Shown here: positions 41,030-50,457 of the stretch, piece by piece
Numbering within the stretch: the first letter of the stretch is position 1
How the letters are laid out: each line of letters opens with the position of its first letter
Assembly: GCA_964291315.2 (NCBI GenBank)
Contig: OZ219753.1
Coordinates: forward strand, 160,001 to 224,000
Origin: Candidatus Poribacteria bacterium
GTDB lineage: Bacteria > Poribacteria > WGA-4E > WGA-3G
Direction: 5' to 3'
Length of the DNA: 64,000 bases
Program-made: the position numbers and the translations under genes
Notes under the pieces: model-generated
What the model was told of the DNA's origin: nothing
The model's input: the letters and a program-made list of their open reading frames with translations, nothing else
Databases searched by the model: none

Positions 41030-41058
41030 TTGACAAAAGAAAACTACTTTTGTATAAT
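41030..41058 (+). promoter_or_regulatory. Consensus sigma70 promoter
   Basis: TTGACA-17bp-TATAAT. Confidence 0.8.
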
Positions 41059-41149
41059 CTTTAATAGAACCCATATTTTACCTTTACAGAGTTTTCAATT
41101 TTTGCTAAACTTTTAAGGTACTTGTTTAGATATTGACTTTCGGGCGAAG

Positions 41150-41420
41150 ATGCGGTTTTCCAATGGTGTTTTAACAAATCGTTCTCGCGAAATTCTATTC
41201 TCAAGGTGTCGGATCGCTCTTTATGAAATCGTAAAGGACGCCAACGAAATAGCCCTGCGTTACTCGACTTAACGAGAATATAACCGTGGGTTCTCAGCAT
41301 CGCTGTTGAATTGTACAAGCAACAACGATCGCGAAACCAACTTTCCCTAAAATCTAATTTTGCAGACTAATAGGGAAAGCACCGAAAGTTTTTAGCACAC
41401 CCAATCCAACGGGTGTATTT
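41150..41420 (+). ncRNA. Candidate structured 5' leader RNA
   Basis: Series of nested and tandem hairpins between the promoter and the ATG at 41451. Confidence 0.45.
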
Positions 41421-41450
41421 TGATAATTTAAATTTAAGGAGTTAACTCTA

Positions 41451-42104
41451 ATGACAAAATTGTTTAGAACCTTAGCCTTATTATTAGCAGGCTTGCTTGC
41501 TGTTTCCATGCTCGCCGGCTGCGGAGGCGATGATGATACTAGTGATGAGGAACCCACCCCGGCGAGCTTTACAAGCGCAAACCCGCCAAGCGGTTCAACC
41601 ATTGCCTCTAATGCAAGTGTCACCCTCACTTTCGACAACGCACCGACTGATGTTACAGTAAGTGCCGGCACTCACACAGTTACCGGTAAAACCGTGACCG
41701 TCACCGGTTTCACACCCGGAGCCTTAAGCCTAACAGTCACTTGGGCTGATGGGACCCAGGCTCTTAACTACACCGTTACTGCTCCTGACACGGATGCACC
41801 ACAAGTTACCGGTGGAACCGTTGAAGACGGGGCAGAAGATGTCGATCCCGAGGAAATCAATAGCGGTGCTATGCTGGAAGTTACCTTCAATGAAGACGTA
41901 ACCGGAAACATCGCGCTTCAAACCGAAGCCGGCGATGATGTCGGTTGGCTCGGAAAAGTTGAGGGGAATACAGCTACTCTCGAACTTGTTAAGGGCAAAG
42001 AGATCGGCAACGAAACCACCTACGTTATCGCAGGTAAGGTTTCTGATGCCGCAGGCAACCCGGCTGACGTTAACATAACCTTTGTAACCAAGGGTAAAGA
42101 GTAA
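41451..42104 (+). CDS. Lipoprotein with two bacterial Ig-like domains
   Basis: Lipobox LAGC, acidic linker, Thr/Val-rich beta-sandwiches, DTDAPQV and VSDAAGN motifs. Confidence 0.85.
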   Translation: MTKLFRTLALLLAGLLAVSMLAGCGGDDDTSDEEPTPASFTSANPPSGSTIASNASVTLTFDNAPTDVTVSAGTHTVTGKTVTVTGFTPGALSLTVTWADGTQALNYTVTAPDTDAPQVTGGTVEDGAEDVDPEEINSGAMLEVTFNEDVTGNIALQTEAGDDVGWLGKVEGNTATLELVKGKEIGNETTYVIAGKVSDAAGNPADVNITFVTKGKE

Positions 42105-42127
42105 ATTTTGAGGCTATTTCGGTACCG

Positions 42128-42163
42128 AGGGCGGCGTATTTTCGAATACGTTGCCCTTTTTTT
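42128..42163 (+). terminator. Rho-independent terminator
   Basis: AGGGCGGCGTATT-TTCG-AATACGTTGCCCT followed by a T run. Confidence 0.9.
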
Positions 42164-42238
42164 GTTAGCAGTCAACCCTTGACAAGAAAGACAGAATCTC
42201 TGATAACTGATTGCTGGCAGCTAACAACCTTTTTTTTA

Positions 42239-42267
42239 TTGACACAATTTTTCATTAATGCTATGAT
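42239..42267 (+). promoter_or_regulatory. Sigma70-type promoter of the ECF sigma gene
   Basis: TTGACA-17bp-TATGAT with extended -10 TG. Confidence 0.7.
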
Positions 42268-42300
42268 CGTGTAGTTAGATTCAAAAGCAGATATTTTTTT

Positions 42301-42328
42301 GAACAGTTTTTGAAAAGGTGTTGTCTAA
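42301..42328 (+). promoter_or_regulatory. Putative ECF (RpoE-like) autoregulatory promoter
   Basis: GAACAG-N17-TCTAA resembles the GAACTT...TCTAA consensus. Confidence 0.45.
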
Positions 42329-42365
42329 TCAATCAGACATCAGAACACTTAAGGAGTAAAGTTCG

Positions 42366-42950
42366 GTGGAAAGAACTGAAGCCTTGCTCATAGCTGACCT
42401 TTGCGAAGGTGATGAGTCGGCGTTAGCACCGTTAATAGAAAAGTACAAACGTATGGTGTATCGTCTTGCAGTGCGGATTACTAAGAATCACGCAGATGCC
42501 GAGGATGTCATGCAAGAGACTTTTTTCAAGGTGTACCGCTCAATCCGAACGTTCCGAAGGGATGCGGCTTTTGAGACTTGGGTCTATCGAATAGCCGTCA
42601 ATGAAGCATTGAACTTCGTTAAGCGTAGGAAGCGCCGACAGGAACGTACGATTGAGAGAACAGCAGATACTGAATTTGCAGCGGATATGCGGGAGCGTGC
42701 AGCTCAAGCCAATGACCCGCATGTACACGCCGAAAAAGCTGAACTCCGTCGCTATGTTACAGCGGCGGTCAACAGTCTCTCGTTGAAACACCGTACCGTG
42801 GTAATTCTGCATGAATTTGAAGGATTAACACATGCCGAGATCGCTTCTATTCTTAGTTGTTCAGAGGGAACTGTTCGTTCTCGACTGCACTATGCACGCA
42901 AAAAACTCCGAAATTTGCTCAAACCGTATGTAGATGCCGGGGCAATTTAG
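42366..42950 (+). CDS. ECF RNA polymerase sigma factor
   Basis: DAEDVMQETF, FETWVYRIAVN, EIASIL.CSEGTVRSRLHYAR. Confidence 0.95.
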   Translation: MERTEALLIADLCEGDESALAPLIEKYKRMVYRLAVRITKNHADAEDVMQETFFKVYRSIRTFRRDAAFETWVYRIAVNEALNFVKRRKRRQERTIERTADTEFAADMRERAAQANDPHVHAEKAELRRYVTAAVNSLSLKHRTVVILHEFEGLTHAEIASILSCSEGTVRSRLHYARKKLRNLLKPYVDAGAI

Positions 42951-43023
42951 CTTCTAAATGCTGATCTCCGGTAGCGACATAGAATTATAAGCGCAAAAGC
43001 CCATAATGTCGTGGAGAATACTG

Positions 43024-44016
43024 ATGAGCTTGAAGTGCCAGAAAACACAACGTCTTTTATCAGACTATTTTGATGGAACGCTTTTCGAACGGCAGATGAA
43101 AGCTGTCGACAAGCATCTCAAAGCTTGTCTGTACTGTAAACGAGAAGCCATTAACCTGAAAAAGATGTCCTACCTCCTCGAAAATTTTTACGTTGAACCT
43201 GAAGCGTCCGACGCGTATTATGCACGATTCACAAAGGAGCTCCATCAACGCATTGAACAGACTGCACCTATTCCTTTCTATCAACGTCTGCACGATATGG
43301 GTACTAAGTTGACTTGGCAGCTCTTGACGCAGCTGCGCCGGGCTGTTGACCATTGCATCCCTTGTGGATTCACCACTCTGCGGCAAAAGATGCTGCCGTA
43401 CTACGCACTCGTAGCAACGATGATGATGCTTCTTGTGGTGCCCTTCGCCTTGAAGCTTCTGCCTTCAGGTGAGAATGGAGAACAGACCCTTGGACACTTA
43501 TACGCAGTAGTAAAGGCACGACTTTTTTCTACATCAATAGATGTTTCGCGTCAGCCCGCGGCAACGCTTGCTATCCAACGGGATACTGCAGCGCAACCCA
43601 CCGAGGTCCGTCGAAACGTCAGTAGAAACCGTACAACAGAGATGCTTATTGTGGACTCAGGCACCGATGTCTGGCAATTTACTGACGACCCATTGGCTGA
43701 TGGATATATTTTAACTACACTTCTTGAAAGTAGTGAAGGCACACTCCCTAGCGTGGCTTTAGACATTGATTCAAAACTTCTAACCTATGCTGAATTATCA
43801 AGCCAAGGCACACCATGGGAATACCCGACAGCCCGGGAGGTACTCACCGACGGTAGGCATACCCTCCTTTTGCTACAAGGTATCCATTTAGGGCAGCAGG
43901 TGCCTCAACAGTATCAACGCAAAAGAAGTCAACCTGAAGATTTCTCAAGGAAATTGTTGGACGTATCGTTGGAAACCCTCTCAATTACAGAAATCTACGA
44001 TTCAATAGAATTATAA
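43024..44016 (+). CDS. Zinc-binding (ZAS) transmembrane anti-sigma factor
   Basis: C...LLSDYFDG...HLKACLYC (HxxxCxxC); one TM helix; directly downstream of the ECF sigma. Confidence 0.82.
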   Translation: MSLKCQKTQRLLSDYFDGTLFERQMKAVDKHLKACLYCKREAINLKKMSYLLENFYVEPEASDAYYARFTKELHQRIEQTAPIPFYQRLHDMGTKLTWQLLTQLRRAVDHCIPCGFTTLRQKMLPYYALVATMMMLLVVPFALKLLPSGENGEQTLGHLYAVVKARLFSTSIDVSRQPAATLAIQRDTAAQPTEVRRNVSRNRTTEMLIVDSGTDVWQFTDDPLADGYILTTLLESSEGTLPSVALDIDSKLLTYAELSSQGTPWEYPTAREVLTDGRHTLLLLQGIHLGQQVPQQYQRKRSQPEDFSRKLLDVSLETLSITEIYDSIEL

Positions 44017-44204
44017 GTTGATATATTGACAATGTGTATTTTATTAATTAACTCCTCGCCCGCGGGTTGCGGGAGAGAATGAATGCCTGTGGAACCGTTA
44101 TAAGACCACAGCGGGTGGCTGTGGGCGGTGAAGCAGGAACTACTAATCTGCACTGAAGCAACGTTCCTACCGTGACAGGGCAGGTTAAAAGGAGCAGAAT
44201 ACGA

Positions 44205-47200
44205 ATGAACCCAAGGATTTTGGGAATTATCGGCGGCCTTGCCTTGATAATCGCGCTCCTCTCACCTTTAATGATGGGAAGCTCTAAAAAGGTGGAGCAG
44301 CTGTACCAAGCTGCTGAAGATTTACGCGGGCAAGCAGACTATGAAGGCGCGATTGAAAAGTATAATGAGGCACTCGAAGAATCAACAAAACGAGGCGTTA
44401 AAACCGAAGTTATTGACAAAGACTTTGCAACCCTCGCTAACTATAAAATTGCTGTTAGTTACTCACGACTTGCAGAACAAACAGGTGATGTCAATTATTA
44501 CGACACTGCGGTTGGGTACATCGAAAAGGTCGCGCCTACAGCGACGATCCCCAAACATCAGGAGGGACTCACCTACCTCTGGGGACATATCCTCTATCGC
44601 ACGGAGCAGTTTGAATTGGCAGAACCGAAGTTTACGCAGCTCATTGAGAACTTTCCGAACAGTCTCTTTGTTGAAAACGCTTGGTATGCTATTGGACAAC
44701 TGAACTTCAAATTACAGAACTATGAAGACTCCCGACAAGCATTCAAAGCCGTTCTTGACGGTTTCCCGAATTCGGACTTCAAAGATGATGCGCAGCACCT
44801 CATCGCGCAGTCGTTCCTCAACGAATCTAACTATGAACAAGCCTATCAGGAGTTCGATAAAATCGCGACGGAGGAGTTCAAGAACTACCCGGACTTGCAA
44901 GCTGAAGCGATGTACAAGGCCGCGTATAGCCTAAACCAGCTGGGTAGGGATGATGAAGCTATCGGTCGCTACACAAACTTCATCACACAGTTCCCGGAAA
45001 GCCAATACGTCACAGCGGCATACTTCGACCAAGGTGCAATTTATGCTCGCCAGAAAGACTATGACAATGCACGCGTCAATTACGAGTTAGCACTGCAAAA
45101 TACAGCTGACCGGACGCTACAAGCAGAAATTCAGTCTGCCATCGGCCGCACGTACTTCGACCAAGGGGACTATGAAAACGCTATCGTTTCATACACGTTA
45201 CTCCTCGAAGAATACCCGGAGAGCGATTATATTGCAGAAGCAAAGCTCGGTATTGCAGATAGTTACTTCCGGTTGGATAACTGGAGTCAAGCAACCGTTG
45301 CATACGAACGGGTCATCAATGAACACCAAGAAGCTACTGATTTTATCCCTTACTGTTCTTATCAGATCGCTGAGGCATACTATAAACTCGGCACTGATCA
45401 GAGGAAAGCCGGGGATGTTGAATCAGGAACAGCAACGCTTGAACTCTCATTGCAATGGTATCAGAGAACGATCGACGATTTCCCGCAAGATCCTGTTGCG
45501 CCGCATGCACTCTATGGGGCAATCTGGGCTCTTAACGATCTCGGACGTAAAGATGATTTAGAAATCATGGCACGCGAGTTTATCGACAAGAACAAGAATG
45601 ATAACGAGTTCGACATCCTCGCTGCGGAGGTCCAACTCCGCTTTGCTGACATCAAGCGAACAGAGTTCAAACAGTACGTTGAAGCTGCTGAAGAATACGC
45701 AAAGTTATGGGATTACCGTCCGCTGCCTAAGTTCCATCTCGTCAAATTGATGGGTAAGTTTTTTGAAGGACGTTCCTACTACGAAGCCGCCAAACCCGGG
45801 GGGTATCAGGAAGGCGATCTAGACGCTGAGTTCAATACGGAATACCTTCAGATGTCTGTCTCAGCGTATCAAGAGGCAATAGGCAGGTTTAATGACGAAG
45901 CCTTCCTACCAGGTGTTGCCGAGGAACGCTATGATGACTTCAGCGAGCGTGTCGCCCAAGTGGAAGCCTGTATCATGAACGAAGCACTGTCTCATGAAAT
46001 GCTTGGTGATTGGGGAGAGGCACGCGATCGGTACGCCTCTATCCCGGAAACCAGCGAGTACTACGAACGCGCGCTCCTTCTCGTCGCTAATAGCCACGTT
46101 AAGCAAGGCAATAAAGACGATGCGATTGACTACTACAATAGCATTTTGGATAAACTTGCCGATGCTGACAATAGATCGTTGGCAGAAATCAAGCTCGCTG
46201 ACCTGCTCCGCGCAGAAAAACGGTTTGAAGAAGCTGCTGTCCAGTATCAAGCTGTAGTTGACGGTAACCCGTCGGGTGAATATGCTGACGACGCGCTTTA
46301 CCTCGTTGGCCTCTGCTACTACCAAGCCGCGGCTGATAATCCGGACCTCTTGGCCCCCTCTGAAACGGCATTCAAACGCGTGATTTCAGATTACGCCGAT
46401 AGCCCGAACGCCGTTGAAGCCTATTATGGGTTGGCACTCGCTTACCGTGATGCCGCTCAAAAACAGGACGATGCAGACAAATGGCCACTTATTCTTCAGA
46501 TCGCTGACGAAGCTAACAGTAAATATGCTTCAAGTGAAAACGAGCTTGTTCTCAAGACCCTTGGACATATTGATCTGATAAAAGCCACTGCTATTGAAAA
46601 TAGTAGCGAAGTGGTGGATTTAGAGGCATTAGTGATGTCTCTAAGGCGGATCGTCGAGAACACCGGGGCACCTGGAGATGCTCGCAGCCGTTCACAGTTG
46701 AAGATTGGACATACCTACTATTCTGCTGAACGCTACGAGGAAGCTCTCGCGGAATATCTCGCTTTTGTGCAAAATTTTCCAAACAGCGAGCTGGCACCAA
46801 ATGCCCAGTACCAAGCGGCTGTTTGCCATTATCAAATTGCACAAGCTGCGACAGATGCCGGTAGCAAGCAGTTAAGCCTCCAGAATACTGTAAGTGCTGC
46901 TCAAAAAGTGGCGACTTTAACAGATGATGCTGACAACCTGATTAGCGCGAATTACACTGCAGGATTGGCGAAACTTGGACTAGACGATAATAAAGGTGCT
47001 GTGGACGCGTTCAAAGCCGTCACTGCATTAGAAGGGCAAACCAAGGACGAGGCGCGGATGTCTCTTATTTTTCAAGCCCATTCTCGTCTTGCTGAACTCA
47101 ATGGCTCCCTTGGTGACCACGCCGCAGCTGTGCAAGAGTATCAGTATATTGTCGAGCACACTGATGATCCAGATATGAAGGGACGTTCCTACTTCGCAAT

Positions 47201-48896
47201 GGCGTTTGCCCAAGAGGAGCAGTTGAAAGCATATCCAGAGGCGTTGATGAGCTACCAGAACTCCGCTGAATTGGTAAAGGACCCGCTTGTCAGAGCACAG
47301 TCCTACTATCGGATGGGTTTGATCTATCAAGATCGGCTTAAACAGCCCGAAAAAGCATTAGAGACTTTTCAGACGTTGATCGGTGAGTACAGCGGTTCGG
47401 ACAATGCAAATGTCGCTTCAATGGTGGCTGACGCTGGCATCCGGCGCTCCACGCTCTATGTCGAGTTGGGGCGTTTGGATGAAGCGATCGCCGAGGCCCT
47501 TGATACGCGCGACCGGACCTTAGAGAATCCGCAAGCAACTGTGGCAGAAAGAGCTGCTGCTCAATACAACGTTGGGTTCCTCTATTTCGACAAAGCACGT
47601 TCTCTCTACTCAACGGAGGCCGGTACAGAGCTGCAACCTTATATTGATACGAGTCGTGAGGCTGCTGGTTCGTTTCATGAGGTAATAGCTATCGCAGCAC
47701 CGGTCGAGGAAGCTGACAAACAAAGTGTCATCCCGTATGTTCAAAATTCACTTTTTCAAGCTGGACAGATCTACTACTCCGTCGGCCTCGGCGTGAAGCT
47801 GCCGCAAGACTTGACAAGTGCAATTGCCCCACTCACAGCATTTGTGAGCTATGCCGATAAAGGTATTTTCCCGATGTCCGACGATCTCCGGAAAAACATA
47901 GAGACGGCACTGAATTACCTTGCTGCTGCTAACTTCGAGTTGGGCAGGATGCAAGTTGGTATGGATGGCGAGATGTCTGAAAAAGCGGTGAATTACTTCC
48001 TCGCAGCTGGAGATGTGTTCCGGGATATGGTACGCCGTTATCCAAGTGCTAAAGATGCAGCTTCTTGGCAATATCATGTCGGTGAATCGCACTACGCAGC
48101 GCAACAATTCGAGAAAGCGATTACGGAGTATGAGAAGGTCCGTTCTGTAGATCGGAATCACAAGAGTGCACCAGAATCACTTTATGCGATCTCGACGTGT
48201 GCACAGCTTCTCAGTCAAGCTGCTGAAGAGGCTGGCGATGAAGAGGAAAAACAGCGCTGGTATGATCGACTTTTTGAGGCGAACGAAGTACTCGCTGCTG
48301 AGTACCCGAACAGTCAGTACACGGCTGATGCCCTTATTAACATCGGCAATAAGTACTACCATTCTGGGTCCGAACAAGGTGTCGAGCTAGCAGAACGTAT
48401 CCGTCTTTATCAAACCTCGATCGGTTACTACCAAAGAGCGATTGATACACCTGGAATCGGAAATGAGTCGAAATCGCTGGCACTCAACTATCTCACCGAT
48501 ACAGCGAATGCTCTTACTTTCCATGAGTATGAGGTAGCAACCGAGCTACTCAATAAAGCGAAATCCACAAGAGGTGAAGAGCAGTCAACCACCATCCAAG
48601 CCGCTATCGATGCTTTTTCGAAGATCATCGAAACCTATCCGATGACCAAGTACGCTGATCTAGGGTTTGCACAGATTGGTGACGCGTATATGGTGTTAGC
48701 AGATAGTGACGATAAGTATTTCAACGATGCGTTGGATTACTTCAACCGCTTGTGGGCGAAATACGAGACAAGCCCACCCGTAGATTCAAAAGTCAGTCAG
48801 GCTCTCAAGTATGCAATCAGCCAGATTCAGGTAATCCAAAGCTACATGCGAGCAAACAACTTGGAAATTCGGGGTGGTGCTGCTGGTGGTGAATAA
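44205..48896 (+). CDS. Giant tetratricopeptide-repeat protein (BamD/CpoB-like TPRs) with N-terminal signal or anchor
   Basis: Many TPR units with (Y/F)P.S turns; hydrophobic N-terminus; AAGGAG RBS before ATG 44205. Confidence 0.88.
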   Translation: MNPRILGIIGGLALIIALLSPLMMGSSKKVEQLYQAAEDLRGQADYEGAIEKYNEALEESTKRGVKTEVIDKDFATLANYKIAVSYSRLAEQTGDVNYYDTAVGYIEKVAPTATIPKHQEGLTYLWGHILYRTEQFELAEPKFTQLIENFPNSLFVENAWYAIGQLNFKLQNYEDSRQAFKAVLDGFPNSDFKDDAQHLIAQSFLNESNYEQAYQEFDKIATEEFKNYPDLQAEAMYKAAYSLNQLGRDDEAIGRYTNFITQFPESQYVTAAYFDQGAIYARQKDYDNARVNYELALQNTADRTLQAEIQSAIGRTYFDQGDYENAIVSYTLLLEEYPESDYIAEAKLGIADSYFRLDNWSQATVAYERVINEHQEATDFIPYCSYQIAEAYYKLGTDQRKAGDVESGTATLELSLQWYQRTIDDFPQDPVAPHALYGAIWALNDLGRKDDLEIMAREFIDKNKNDNEFDILAAEVQLRFADIKRTEFKQYVEAAEEYAKLWDYRPLPKFHLVKLMGKFFEGRSYYEAAKPGGYQEGDLDAEFNTEYLQMSVSAYQEAIGRFNDEAFLPGVAEERYDDFSERVAQVEACIMNEALSHEMLGDWGEARDRYASIPETSEYYERALLLVANSHVKQGNKDDAIDYYNSILDKLADADNRSLAEIKLADLLRAEKRFEEAAVQYQAVVDGNPSGEYADDALYLVGLCYYQAAADNPDLLAPSETAFKRVISDYADSPNAVEAYYGLALAYRDAAQKQDDADKWPLILQIADEANSKYASSENELVLKTLGHIDLIKATAIENSSEVVDLEALVMSLRRIVENTGAPGDARSRSQLKIGHTYYSAERYEEALAEYLAFVQNFPNSELAPNAQYQAAVCHYQIAQAATDAGSKQLSLQNTVSAAQKVATLTDDADNLISANYTAGLAKLGLDDNKGAVDAFKAVTALEGQTKDEARMSLIFQAHSRLAELNGSLGDHAAAVQEYQYIVEHTDDPDMKGRSYFAMAFAQEEQLKAYPEALMSYQNSAELVKDPLVRAQSYYRMGLIYQDRLKQPEKALETFQTLIGEYSGSDNANVASMVADAGIRRSTLYVELGRLDEAIAEALDTRDRTLENPQATVAERAAAQYNVGFLYFDKARSLYSTEAGTELQPYIDTSREAAGSFHEVIAIAAPVEEADKQSVIPYVQNSLFQAGQIYYSVGLGVKLPQDLTSAIAPLTAFVSYADKGIFPMSDDLRKNIETALNYLAAANFELGRMQVGMDGEMSEKAVNYFLAAGDVFRDMVRRYPSAKDAASWQYHVGESHYAAQQFEKAITEYEKVRSVDRNHKSAPESLYAISTCAQLLSQAAEEAGDEEEKQRWYDRLFEANEVLAAEYPNSQYTADALINIGNKYYHSGSEQGVELAERIRLYQTSIGYYQRAIDTPGIGNESKSLALNYLTDTANALTFHEYEVATELLNKAKSTRGEEQSTTIQAAIDAFSKIIETYPMTKYADLGFAQIGDAYMVLADSDDKYFNDALDYFNRLWAKYETSPPVDSKVSQALKYAISQIQVIQSYMRANNLEIRGGAAGGE

Positions 48897-49028
48897 TCGC
48901 CACACGTTTTACTTGTAGCCTCGGTATCTTGTTTGAGGTGTCTGAATAGAGGGTGCTAACGGCATCCTCTATTTTTGCGAATCCGCTTTAACCTCAATCG
49001 CCCCTCTAATTCTGAAAACTGCTGATTT

Positions 49029-50246
49029 ATGAAATGTCTGAGGAGCCTCCAAAAAGTGTATGATGAATTGATAGTGTCCCCACGCGTTCTGCTTGGTCCC
49101 GGACCCAGTGAAGCCAATGCGCGGGTCCTTAAAGCAATGGTGACCCCGATGTTGGGGTATTTAGACACAGAATTTGTTCAAATAATGGAAGATACGGTGG
49201 CCATGCTCCGTCGTGTCTTTGGGACTGAAAATAGTTTAACGTTGCCCATCTCTGGTACTGGTACGGCCGGAATGGAAGCCGCCCTTACTAATCTCATTGA
49301 ACCTGGAGACGCGGTTGTCGTAGGTATCTGCGGTTATTTTGGTGGAAGAATCGCTGACATCGCTGCACGCTGCGGGGCAACGGTAACAACCGTGGAAGCA
49401 GAATGGGGCAAACCTGTCCCGACAGAAAAACTTGCTGAAGCTGTTGCTAACGTTTCCAAACTCAAGCTCGTCGCGCTCGTACATGGTGAAACCTCTACCG
49501 GTATTCTCCAGCCGCTGACCGATGCTGTCCAAATTGCCCATGATAACGGTGCTCTCTTTCTTGCGGATTGCGTGACATCCCTCGGTGGGCAGCCTGTGGA
49601 CTTGGATGCCCGCGGTATTGATGTTGCCTATAGTTGCACCCAAAAGTGTCTTGCCTGTCCGCCAGGGCTTTCACCTATCAGTTTCAGCGATCGCGCCGTC
49701 GAAGTCATCCGAAACCGAAAGACCCGTGTCCAGAGCTTTTATCTCGACATGACACTCCTCGAAAATTATTGGCATGGCGAAAAACGCGGTTATCATCACA
49801 CAGTTTCGATGTCGCTTGTTTACGCTTTAAGAGAAGGGTTGCGCGTCGTGTTAGAAGAAGGTTTAGCGACTCGTTACGAACGACATGAACGCAATGCGCG
49901 AGCACTTCTAGCAGGTGCTAAAGCGATTGGACTACAACCTGCTGCCGAGGATGGTTACCGGGCACCTATGCTAACGACATTGCGTATTCCTGATGGCATT
50001 TGCGACGCAACTATTCGGGGGCGTTTAATTGCAGACTACGGTATAGAAATCGGGGGTGGGCTCGGGATCTTTGCAGGGAACATGTGGAGAATCGGGTTAA
50101 TGGGGGATTCATCTAGCCAACGGAACGTGATGCTATTTCTCAATGCTTTGGAAAAGCTACTGATTGAATTTGGACATAAGACAAGACCTGGTACCGCCGT
50201 TCAAGCTGCTTCACAGGCTTACGCCGCATCATACGACTTCCCATAG
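49029..50246 (+). CDS. Alanine-glyoxylate aminotransferase family protein
   Basis: LLGPGPS, SGTGTAGME, HGETSTG, DCVTSLGG, TQKCLACPPGL, YHHT. Confidence 0.92.
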   Translation: MKCLRSLQKVYDELIVSPRVLLGPGPSEANARVLKAMVTPMLGYLDTEFVQIMEDTVAMLRRVFGTENSLTLPISGTGTAGMEAALTNLIEPGDAVVVGICGYFGGRIADIAARCGATVTTVEAEWGKPVPTEKLAEAVANVSKLKLVALVHGETSTGILQPLTDAVQIAHDNGALFLADCVTSLGGQPVDLDARGIDVAYSCTQKCLACPPGLSPISFSDRAVEVIRNRKTRVQSFYLDMTLLENYWHGEKRGYHHTVSMSLVYALREGLRVVLEEGLATRYERHERNARALLAGAKAIGLQPAAEDGYRAPMLTTLRIPDGICDATIRGRLIADYGIEIGGGLGIFAGNMWRIGLMGDSSSQRNVMLFLNALEKLLIEFGHKTRPGTAVQAASQAYAASYDFP

Positions 50247-50457
50247 AATTGGCAGGCGTGATTTTACAACGTCGCCTAACACTAATTTGCTCTCAAGTTA
50301 TCTAGGTCATGCTAAAGAAATATCGCGGATCGGATATTTTGGGGTTAGCTTGATTTATCTTGCTTGGGCTGCTACATCGCGGAGGCTGGAATTAGGTATA
50401 TTCTTCTATACAATTTCGGTCGGCTAGACAGAAAGAGAGCGTTGACCTTCAGCTTCA

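Noticed and set aside
41369-41400. AATAGGGAA resembling a cobalamin riboswitch core
   Set aside because: No following CCGGTG..AA.CCGG stem or GCCACTG box
50247-50457. Possible integrative element at the guaA 3' end
   Set aside because: No integrase or att-like repeat; only a short gap between convergent genes
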